Shown: piece after piece, positions 50,101 through 57,635 of the stretch
Position numbering within the stretch: position 1 is the first letter of the stretch
How the letters are laid out: the number at the start of each line of letters is the position of its first letter
DNA from: a candidate division WOR-3 bacterium
GTDB taxonomy: Bacteria > Hydrothermota > Tepidihabitantia > B3-TA06
Direction of reading: 5' to 3'
Assembly: GCA_965649265.1 (NCBI GenBank)
Contig: CBFGKC010000001.1
Span: 126,516-190,515 of the forward strand
DNA: 64,000 bases
The notes under the pieces: model-generated
What the model was told of the DNA's origin: nothing
What the model saw: the letters and a program-made list of their open reading frames with translations, nothing else
The model's database searches: none
Translations under genes and position numbers: made by a program

Positions 50101-50488
50101 TGTAGGCGGTTACCGGTATCGTCGAGAAATCGGCGGTATCGGGTCCATCGGGATTTCCCCAAAAAATGTGGTCGTCATTGTTAATTCCAGTGGTGACGAA
50201 ATCGGGGTATCCATCAGTGTTCAGATCGGCCGCGTCACATCCGGCCTGGCCGTTATATTCAGTAATATTTTGCTGGTTTAATCCTGCGGCAGCTCCCCAC
50301 ATTATCCAGGCATTTCCTGCAAGGTCTATGTAGCCATCGTTATTCAGGTCGAACCTGCCCGAAAACTCGATTGCGCCGTCACCACGATGCGAAGAGTAGA
50401 GATTGCGTTCATACCCGCCGTCCCTGAAATCCTCTTGTGTGGTCTCTAACCATTCCAGTCCGAAAAGAACGATTGTTATGAAAAACAT
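47195..50488 (-). CDS. FG-GAP/VCBS protein with four Ig-like Ca-binding repeats and PNP-type CTD (paralog 3)
   Basis: FG-GAP propeller, four ~120-aa repeats with DxDxDxxPD motifs, and CTD 'HNFPNPF...APGIYIILL'. Confidence 0.85.
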   Translation of the reverse strand: MFFITIVLFGLEWLETTQEDFRDGGYERNLYSSHRGDGAIEFSGRFDLNNDGYIDLAGNAWIMWGAAAGLNQQNITEYNGQAGCDAADLNTDGYPDFVTTGINNDDHIFWGNPDGPDTADFSTIPVTAYNNEGVMAADFNKDGWLDLLASKGDDESTVFWGAAAGFSQNNSTSLYCHKPGYNPEVADLNKDGWLDVIVLSGEDAYEYIYWGGPGGFSGSRFTKVIYDKGGPHGISVADLNYDGWLDIVYSGNYPNYGAVLWGSADKYRSGTEVNVDLNLPLRDRAFGGSSIADLNEDGYLDIVFFGNDDVPPRIFWGDQDGISPDRRSDLGAAPSVGSGGVVADFTNDGHLDIVELTYDGTILFQGPGFTSYQNVGPFSHHGFSREIGNVYSRVNKEEYFSSIFDAGVDASWSTIHWEDSCPGNSMLKMAVRVGDTPDTSSGWSDWVTVQNDTEIPGSLRSRYIQYRATFEYPNPAYLPVLFLVGIEYLIAEEIIVRPDRQGSGFPGDTVSYNLEVLNYTYLPDVIEISSVFDNLDWFHETNDSLGNPLGDFDTDLSPDVGELDAGGDSTRLLVKVGIPDSPSVSVDTMIVFGRSSNPSGLYDSAIVVTYVLAPVRILVDPNQDTVGWPGQTLYCSLWGINYGKDPDVIDLVAISARGWQVQLFDSTALTPLEDNDADFIPDLGPVPARSGRRDFKARINIPDTAIPYVSDTVRIVGISSQDTAVTDLAILIIQVLPPVWIEVEPDQDTFAVPGQSVLFSLWEANHGRWDDVIDLKTWSMHGWQVELLDSAAATPLRDNDTDGLPDVGEVPNSGERRYFSTRIKVPANAIAGETDTVYIIGTSSQDTTVKDLATLIINPVEISLLEIRPDQKGSVSPDMPTVRYTLEAINHGNVADIGAITTRSHRGWDLAFLDSTGRNALSDSDADGVPDVGKLEPIGGLCTLYVDVSLPEEYDPTRGSLDTISVEQFTPETTVVYISSASSGVVHDSAVIVTTALPSLTLHNFPNPFREETHIVWSQPEDGNVTIRIADRAARPVGNVFNEYCNAGVHSYLWRAASDTGGPLAPGIYIILLDFRPPQGAPRHILAKAICTAGGER

Positions 50489-50654
50489 ACAAAACTCCTT
50501 CCTGGTTTTTTCCTCACAAAGAGAATAGTCACCTTGGAGGACTTGTCAAGCGCAGGATCTCACGCGCATGAGCCGTTCTTTCCCCTTTACAAACGGGACT
50601 TGACAAGCCGGTTTAGGGGAATAGGATGTAGGTATCAAATTCAAAGGAGGAGTA

Positions 50655-51389
50655 ATGAAAAAGAGAACCGCGTTTTTAGTCCTAATACTTTCTGGTGTTT
50701 TTTTTCTCTCGGGCTGCAATATCATCGATCAGCTAAAACAGGGCGTTTACCATGCGGCCTCAAGGATAAATTCCATACAGGCGATAGGTTCATCCCGCGA
50801 ATTCGCGATGGTCGACATCGAATACGTTTTCACGAATGCCGTCCCGGCCAGCAAAGTAGTCGTAGGCAGGGAAGGTAGCTCAAAGCGCGACACGCTCGAT
50901 ATCGTGCTTGCCGGCACAGTCTATAACGATGTAGACACTCTCGAAACGGAAAAAACGTATAAATACCATCTCTGGCTCCTGGATGGTGGAGCGCTCAATG
51001 CTTACGATACAGTCGAGATCAAGACCTTGCCTGTTCTTGATGTGACCGCACCCGCGGATACGCTCACCGGGGATAAAATCACTGTGACGTTCAAGAAGAT
51101 CGTTTACGACGGCAAAGGGTACCTCGATTACAAGGTTGCCCTTTACGATGCCGAGGGTCTCGATCTGACTAACCCGGACCCCTCGGTTTTTCTCAACCTC
51201 GCAACGCCGATAGAGGAGAAGACCATCTCGATAACCGATAACGATACTGAAGGCTCAGTAAACCTCTCGGAACCGGCTCCAACCTTAATCAAGGGTTATG
51301 TTGTCACCGTCTCGACGACGAAACCGGTCTTCGGCGCGCTTGCCAATACATCCACCGGTGTCAAGCCTTTCTTCTGGGCTAATATGTAA
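50655..51389 (+). CDS. Hypothetical lipoprotein
   Basis: AGGAGG SD, lipobox LSGC and a beta-rich sequence. Confidence 0.75.
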   Translation: MKKRTAFLVLILSGVFFLSGCNIIDQLKQGVYHAASRINSIQAIGSSREFAMVDIEYVFTNAVPASKVVVGREGSSKRDTLDIVLAGTVYNDVDTLETEKTYKYHLWLLDGGALNAYDTVEIKTLPVLDVTAPADTLTGDKITVTFKKIVYDGKGYLDYKVALYDAEGLDLTNPDPSVFLNLATPIEEKTISITDNDTEGSVNLSEPAPTLIKGYVVTVSTTKPVFGALANTSTGVKPFFWANM

Positions 51390-51419
51390 CCGGAATCAAG
51401 GGAAAAAATTTCAAGTAAA

Positions 51420-51441
51420 GGCCCCCTCCCGGGAGGGGGCC
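51420..51441. terminator. Palindromic terminator between convergent genes
   Basis: GGCCCCCTCCC/GGGAGGGGGCC perfect inverted repeat. Confidence 0.6.
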
Positions 51442-51480
51442 AAAACTATTTTGATTGAAATTATCTTAAGATAATTTTAA

Positions 51481-54075
51481 TCAATCCTTCTTGTCCTTCT
51501 TCCTTTTTGAAAGCAGTGAAAGCGCAACTGCAAGCGCCACGAGTCCAAGTGAAATAAAAGTGATCCAGACGCCGGCCTTTACGTACGGTGATTTGAAGCG
51601 GAACTCCACCTTGTGAGTGCCGGGTTCTATCACTACCGCCCTCAGGGTATAATCGGCGCGGTAGACCTTCTGCTCTTTTCCGTCCACCCAGGCACGGAAC
51701 CAGGGGTACCAGTTCTCCGAGAGCACGAGCACCCCCTTGCGAGCCATCTGTGCCCGCAGCTCAATCACGTTGGGTTCGTACTTTGCGATCTCCACCATTC
51801 CTGCCGCAGTCGTATCCGTCGAGGGTACCCATCCCTGGGGCATTTCCTCGAGCACGACAGTCCTTCGGGGATCAAAGCCGGGAACTTTCATTCTGGAAAG
51901 AATCGCCGTGTCATCCTTGAGCACCTCTATATCCGAGGCTACCCACGCGCGGGAGACTGGCGCCTCGTTGCGATATATCGCATAGTTCTGACCGAGATAC
52001 ATCGGCCTGAAAGTACTCCGCGACGAATCCGTCCAGGGCGCGAAGTACTCTTTGAGCGCAAGGATAGTTGCCTGATCCTGCGGTGAATATATTCCGATTT
52101 GCGAGCTATCGGGCAATCTGAGACTTATCAAATATTTGACGTCCAGCATCGTAAGAAAGGGCAAGTAGCGCAGGTTAGCGGGATCCCTGAACATGATGGT
52201 GTTCGGCGCGCCTATGAACTCCTGGTAGCGGCGCAGCTGGTTGCCGTGGTAGCCGCCTACGGACTGGATATTATAGAGCATGAGATAGTCGTCCCTGCGG
52301 TAGATGTCATTTCCCATGTACTGAAGCGGGTAGACCCTGTAGACGCCGGCGTCGCCCTTAAGGTAGTTAACCACCTCGTCGGGTCCGTACATCTCTTCGG
52401 CCGATACGGGGTTATCGTTTCTATCCTTTACAATCCCGACGAAGTGTCGGTCAACCATCCATAAATCCGTAAACACGAAACCTGCAAGCAGGAGCCCCCA
52501 CAACCACGCCAGATTCTTGAAGCGGCGCCAGAGGATGATCAAAACGAATCCCGCGGCAAGGAAGAGGAATGCGAGCCAGAATCCGTTGGACGCGTTGCCC
52601 ACGTTTGCCTGCATGTGCGAAAGGAGAGTTGCGGCCTGCTGGGGGCCGTTGGTCCGCGTAAGCTCTCCCCGGGCCAACCCGCTCACGAAGTTCGAGAACC
52701 CATAGGAATCCGCGGAGGACCAAACGGCAAATATTAACATAAGCCCGGCGAGCACGGCAAAGACAATCGTTAAGACGTCCACCCCCCTACCCTTCTTCTT
52801 AAGAGATTTCTCCTTCTGAACGTTCGCTTGAGGCTTGGGGTGCGGGTTAAGCACCTCCTCGAGGCCGAGCGAGGCAAGGACAACGGCCGAGAAGGCGATC
52901 GTGAAGAATATCATTGCGGGGGCGCGAAAGCTCTTAATTAATGGAAGGATGTAGTAGGGAATATAGTAGAAAGGAGTGTTGCCTCCGAGAGCCATCAGGA
53001 GTCCGAATACTGAAAACCCCATGAAGAACTTGGTTTCCCTCCTGCGCCACGCGAGAATGATTCCCACTATCGCGAGTGCAAGGATTATTATCCCGAAGTA
53101 CTCCGAGTGCTGTTTGAAGGCATTGGTGCCCCAATAATTCTGAAGTATCCCCGAGAACCTCGCGTTAAATAGATCGAATACCTCAAGCCTCGGAAGCGAC
53201 CACGAGGTAGCGAAATCCCAGCCGCGGCCGCCTTCGGCTCGGGGAGAAAATCCCAGATACGAAATACCCGGCAGCATCTGCACTGCAGATATTCCAAGCC
53301 CGACGAGAACCGAAGATATGGACAAGAGGAAGGGTTTGAAAACAGGCCAGGCTTTGCTTGAATCCCTCCAGGCGATATACATCCGGTAGAGGACGTAAAT
53401 ACCGCAAATCATAAAGGTGTAATACATCATTTGCACGTTTGGACTTATTAGGCCCAGGCCGAACACGAGGCCGAGCAGTGCAAAATCGATGAGTTTACCT
53501 TCCCGGAATCCCCTGTGTATGAACAGCATGGCCCACGGAAGAAGAGACGCAATAACAACCTTGCTGTCGTGACCGGCCGAGACGAGCGAAACGATGATGC
53601 CCGTAAACATGTAAGCTACCGAGCCGATAACGGCTACGTAATCCTTGAGCTTGAGTTCCTTGAGAAACAAAAACATCCCGACCCCTGCCGCAATTATCTG
53701 CAGGATGAAAACGAGAGCCATTACAGTACCCACGGGGAATATGAATCGCAAGAGCATTGTGTAGTAGAACATGTCGCCGTGCATCGCGTCAATATAGGGA
53801 AGTCCTCCGAATATGTAAGGGTTCCATAAGGGGAATTCTCCAAAGCTGCGCAAGCTCTCCTGAGCAAAGGACTTGAACATATATCCGGCTATCAACTGAT
53901 CCGAACCCTCAATCAGGTGTCCACGAGCGAGAGTGTTAATGAACAAAAGGAAAACGAGAATGCTCATTCCCAAAAGAACCCAACCCCAACTTATCTTGAA
54001 ATCCTTGTTCTTAGGGGCCTGAGCATCTCCAGGCCCTTTCTTCTCAATCTTCTTTACTTCTTTTTTCTTTGACAT
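51481..54075 (-). CDS. YfhO-family (GT-C-like) polytopic membrane protein
   Basis: FPLWNPYIFGGLP, many TM helices, and the C-terminal YfhO motif 'LVLSENWYPWFRAWVDG...ADYTLRAVVIEPGTHKVEFRF'. Confidence 0.85.
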   Translation of the reverse strand: MSKKKEVKKIEKKGPGDAQAPKNKDFKISWGWVLLGMSILVFLLFINTLARGHLIEGSDQLIAGYMFKSFAQESLRSFGEFPLWNPYIFGGLPYIDAMHGDMFYYTMLLRFIFPVGTVMALVFILQIIAAGVGMFLFLKELKLKDYVAVIGSVAYMFTGIIVSLVSAGHDSKVVIASLLPWAMLFIHRGFREGKLIDFALLGLVFGLGLISPNVQMMYYTFMICGIYVLYRMYIAWRDSSKAWPVFKPFLLSISSVLVGLGISAVQMLPGISYLGFSPRAEGGRGWDFATSWSLPRLEVFDLFNARFSGILQNYWGTNAFKQHSEYFGIIILALAIVGIILAWRRRETKFFMGFSVFGLLMALGGNTPFYYIPYYILPLIKSFRAPAMIFFTIAFSAVVLASLGLEEVLNPHPKPQANVQKEKSLKKKGRGVDVLTIVFAVLAGLMLIFAVWSSADSYGFSNFVSGLARGELTRTNGPQQAATLLSHMQANVGNASNGFWLAFLFLAAGFVLIILWRRFKNLAWLWGLLLAGFVFTDLWMVDRHFVGIVKDRNDNPVSAEEMYGPDEVVNYLKGDAGVYRVYPLQYMGNDIYRRDDYLMLYNIQSVGGYHGNQLRRYQEFIGAPNTIMFRDPANLRYLPFLTMLDVKYLISLRLPDSSQIGIYSPQDQATILALKEYFAPWTDSSRSTFRPMYLGQNYAIYRNEAPVSRAWVASDIEVLKDDTAILSRMKVPGFDPRRTVVLEEMPQGWVPSTDTTAAGMVEIAKYEPNVIELRAQMARKGVLVLSENWYPWFRAWVDGKEQKVYRADYTLRAVVIEPGTHKVEFRFKSPYVKAGVWITFISLGLVALAVALSLLSKRKKDKKD

Positions 54076-55081
54076 TTTTCCTCCGCAGGAAGATTAGCGA
54101 GATTACCACGAAAGTCAACTCGGCAAGAGTAAACCACAATCTCTGGGCAAAAGAAAGAGCCACAGCCACGCCGGATCCCATGAGCCCTGAAAGAAATAGT
54201 GAGAGGAGCCCTTCACGAACCCCCAATCCCCCGGGTACGAATATCGCCAGAAGTCCGACGACGTACGATGCAGTGAACGAACCTGTCACGAACGAAATAT
54301 CGGAAAGGGGAAGGGGGCTTACCGAAAGAAGGAAGAGATAGAACGCTGCACCGTACATGAGCCAGCTCAATATATAAAGGAGGAAAAACCCCAGGACACC
54401 GGAATATGAAAGCCCGAATTTTATGGGCTGCCGTTTGAACAACCGGAGAAGCCAATTCGTGCAGGACTCAAGAATCTTTGGATGAATCAGAATGAGTGAG
54501 ATCGCGAGGGGCAAGAGCAGCCACCAGGGAGATATAGCACCCATCTTTAAACTTGTAAAGAGCGGGGAGAGGAGTCGCTTTTGTTCCAAGAGGAGGGCAA
54601 CGAGCGTTACAAGAATCCCTGAAATGATGGCAAGAATCTCGACCAGTATTGCCGCCCAGACCCCTGCCTCGGCGCGCACACCCTCCTTGTGTCCCAGGTA
54701 AACCATACCGACCATCTGCCAGACCTTGCCCGGCAGATAGCGGCCCATGTACGAAAGGGAAAAAATGCGAAAAGCCGAGGAGAGATTTATCTGCGCCCCG
54801 AGCTTGACAAGGTTCCAGCGCCAGAGAAAAATCATATAAAACTGGGTAACGAGGAGACAGGCAAACGAAGCCAAAAGAATCCACACATTGATTGATTGCC
54901 ACTGGAAGCTCTTTATCTGCTGCCAGTTAGTTACAACCGCTCTTGTTAGGAAAAAAGCAATTGCTCCGAGCACAATTATTTGCACAGTCCATCGCAGGAG
55001 CTTCTTCCATATCGGACGGTTCCCGGATGTACCCTCCAAGCGTTCACTCTTTTCGTTCTCTTTACTTGTTGTCAAGTTCAC
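54044..55081 (-). CDS. Lysylphosphatidylglycerol-synthase-TM / flippase-like domain protein
   Basis: 'GRYLPGKVW' and 'PGGLGVREG' motifs with multiple TM helices. Confidence 0.8.
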   Translation of the reverse strand: MNLTTSKENEKSERLEGTSGNRPIWKKLLRWTVQIIVLGAIAFFLTRAVVTNWQQIKSFQWQSINVWILLASFACLLVTQFYMIFLWRWNLVKLGAQINLSSAFRIFSLSYMGRYLPGKVWQMVGMVYLGHKEGVRAEAGVWAAILVEILAIISGILVTLVALLLEQKRLLSPLFTSLKMGAISPWWLLLPLAISLILIHPKILESCTNWLLRLFKRQPIKFGLSYSGVLGFFLLYILSWLMYGAAFYLFLLSVSPLPLSDISFVTGSFTASYVVGLLAIFVPGGLGVREGLLSLFLSGLMGSGVAVALSFAQRLWFTLAELTFVVISLIFLRRKNVKEKRSKED

Positions 55082-56204
55082 ATCCTAGAATTTCAAGAAA
55101 AGTTAAAGCGGCTTGTTTTGGGTCAGGCGGAACAACACTCTTATTCGGTTTAAGAATCGCTTTCCCTTCCTTCAATGCTTTCACCATCGCCTCGGTCAAT
55201 TCCTCAACTGCTCCTGCTTTGACTACGATGCCCTGTCCGAACTCGCGAATCGCCCGTCCGAGATCCCCAACGTCGGTTCCTATGACCGGAATGCCAGCCG
55301 ATTGAGCTTCCCAGAATGCCACAGGCATGCTCTCTGAACGCGAAGGAAGCACGAGGCAGTCTACTACCCTCAGGAAGGCGGCCACTTGCATGGGAGGGAC
55401 CGAGCCGTGGAAAATGACGGAATCCCCAAGGCTCATTTCATCCGCGAGTTTCTTTAATTCTTCCTTCATGCTGCCTGAGCCAAGGTAGTGAAGTTTCACT
55501 CTCTTGCTTGGAGGGATCTTCGTAATGAAATTCGCAAAGGCCCGCAGCAAAATGTCGGGTCCCTTGACAGGCTCAAGCCTTGCCACGCAAAGAAAATGGT
55601 ATGTTTCCTTGTCCAGGTCAGGAAGGAGTCCCTGGGGAGGTGTCTCCAGAGGTCTGTATGTCGGCAGATACACTGCTTTTCGTCCGGAAATACCTTCAAT
55701 CTTGGAACAAAGATCTTGACTGTTCGCAAAAAGATGATTGGCTGACTCGAAGAGACCTCTGAGCAAAAGCCTGGTGAAGGGATTAGAGATGAACCCTGAG
55801 ACGTCGGTACCCAAAGACCAGGTGGAGTAACCGGTACCCCTTTTTTTCTTTAAACTTCTTGCGGCGATTGCATTCGGGATAGCCCACACTACAAGGGTGT
55901 GGTCGAAACCCTCACGCTCGTCGAAGTCGAAAAGGGCCTTCCTTTGCATGGTTAGAAATCTGAAAAGAGAGAAAAGGTGTGCGGGTTTCCAAAGCTTCAG
56001 TTGTCCCAAAAGGGTTTGACTTCCCCAGTTGAAGACTTTAACCTGGTAAGAATAAACGAGCGGGGTCTCTTTTCCCATCCTGGGAGTGAGTACGTAAACC
56101 TTGTGTCCCCTTTTTGAAATTTCGTCCAGGAAGGGTAAGAGAAAATTCGCGGCCATGGGGTTGGAATCGGTAGGAAAGCCGTGAGTGACAACCGCCAGTT
56201 TCAT
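55062..56204 (-). CDS. Glycosyltransferase family 4
   Basis: VARLEPVKGPD, LPSRSESMPVAFWEA and PVIGTDVG. Confidence 0.88.
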   Translation of the reverse strand: MKLAVVTHGFPTDSNPMAANFLLPFLDEISKRGHKVYVLTPRMGKETPLVYSYQVKVFNWGSQTLLGQLKLWKPAHLFSLFRFLTMQRKALFDFDEREGFDHTLVVWAIPNAIAARSLKKKRGTGYSTWSLGTDVSGFISNPFTRLLLRGLFESANHLFANSQDLCSKIEGISGRKAVYLPTYRPLETPPQGLLPDLDKETYHFLCVARLEPVKGPDILLRAFANFITKIPPSKRVKLHYLGSGSMKEELKKLADEMSLGDSVIFHGSVPPMQVAAFLRVVDCLVLPSRSESMPVAFWEAQSAGIPVIGTDVGDLGRAIREFGQGIVVKAGAVEELTEAMVKALKEGKAILKPNKSVVPPDPKQAALTFLEILGCELDNK

Positions 56205-57118
56205 TCACGCCGCAGGTTTTTCTTTAAGCCGTCAATCTCGGCACGAAGCTGCGCCACCTGCTCGGCTATGAAACCAGCAATCACAAGGAGGAGTCCAACA
56301 ACGACCAGCAGAATAACGAGATAAAGGAGAGGTCTGAAGCCTGAGTTGAATATTCGAAGTATTATCGCCGTTATGCCCACTATTACCCCCAGTCCAAGAG
56401 TTGCTCCGCCAAGCGTACCGAAGAGAAGCATCGGTTTGCGCGAGTACCTCAAAAGAAACGCAACCGAAATCATATCCAACACCCCTATCGGTATCCGCCA
56501 GAACCCGAACTTCGATTTTCCGTGCAATCTGGGCTTTAGTGTTACTTCGACCTCGTCTATCCTCCATCCGTCATTTGCGGCCAGGACAACGAGATATCGA
56601 TGCCAGTCCTTGCGCAAGGCCAGCCCCTTGACCACCTCCTTACGGAAAGCCTTTACGGAATTAAGATCCTTGACGTCAACCTTGAAGAGCACCCGCGACA
56701 AAAGGTTGTAGATGCTTGAGACGAAACGCTTTTCGTATCTTCCTGCTTTGCGTCCGGTTACCAGATCGGCACGACCCTCAAGAATAGGTTTGACAAGCGC
56801 GGGTATGTCGGACGCCAGGAATTGAAGATCAGCAGGGAAGAAAACAAACACGTCACCTTTTGCGTTTTCGAACCCGGTCTCAAGCGCCCGTGTTATTCCG
56901 AACCGGGTACGGTGATTAAGGACTCTAAGGAATTTAGACTTTCCGGCTTCAAGAAGGGCAGCCTCACGGGTTTTATCCGTCGAGCCGTCATCAACGATAA
57001 GAACCTCGAAGTCGAACTTGACGGTTGCAGCCAGGTTGCGGAATTCCTCTATCAGTGGGGCGATATTAGCTTCTTCGTTGTTTGCCGGGACTATAATCGA
57101 AACCATATGCTTCTTCAC
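56201..57118 (-). CDS. Glycosyltransferase family 2 (polyprenol-phosphate sugar synthase, GtrB/ArnC-like)
   Basis: SIIVPANNEE, IVDDGSTD, ADLQ, RLHGKSK and two C-terminal TM helices. Confidence 0.88.
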   Translation of the reverse strand: MKKHMVSIIVPANNEEANIAPLIEEFRNLAATVKFDFEVLIVDDGSTDKTREAALLEAGKSKFLRVLNHRTRFGITRALETGFENAKGDVFVFFPADLQFLASDIPALVKPILEGRADLVTGRKAGRYEKRFVSSIYNLLSRVLFKVDVKDLNSVKAFRKEVVKGLALRKDWHRYLVVLAANDGWRIDEVEVTLKPRLHGKSKFGFWRIPIGVLDMISVAFLLRYSRKPMLLFGTLGGATLGLGVIVGITAIILRIFNSGFRPLLYLVILLVVVGLLLVIAGFIAEQVAQLRAEIDGLKKNLRRE

Positions 57119-57348
57119 ACATTAAGTGTATCATACATGAGAGGAAAAGTCAAGATGCATTTTTAACAACAAAATTAAGATGCAGATGTATCCTCTAACC
57201 CGTACAGGTTGAAACAACCAAGAACTTGTGAGTCCGGAGTTAACGTTTTTGTAAACCAGATTCCACTTAAAGCATAGTTAATGAGAGGGTACACCGTTAA
57301 TCGAAACGCCTAAGCTCAATAAAAATGCAACTTGGTTTAAGGCAGCCT

Positions 57349-57364
57349 TGGCACGTATCTTGCT
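57349..57364 (+). promoter_or_regulatory. sigma54 promoter
   Basis: TGGCACG-TATC-TTGCT, a perfect consensus match. Confidence 0.8.
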
Positions 57365-57482
57365 AAGGGTGGTACGATGTGTTATTGTCAAAAGTTGCGG
57401 GAAGCCAGGGGCCTGGACAAAACGGCTATGGTAAACAAAAGAGGAAATTGTTGCGATTGTGTTCAAGTTGCCTGTGAGGGAC

Positions 57483-57511
57483 TTGACAAAATCGCAGGAA
57501 ACCCCTATACT
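57483..57511 (+). promoter_or_regulatory. sigma70 promoter
   Basis: TTGACA-17-TATACT. Confidence 0.7.
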
Positions 57512-57635
57512 TCAAACAATGAACTGAAGAAGTGTATAAAAGAGAGGTGAGATGCAGACAAACCTTGCAAAGCGTGGAGGGTAACTATCCACACTCTTTG
57601 CTTAAAAAAACCTTTTTCGTAAGGAGGAAAACCTA

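Noticed and set aside
57552-57584. 10-codon uORF MQTNLAKRGG with a GAGGTG SD in the paralog A leader
   Set aside because: The equivalent position in the paralog B leader reads ACA-TAG, so the reading frame is not conserved. RNA-level conservation is the better explanation.
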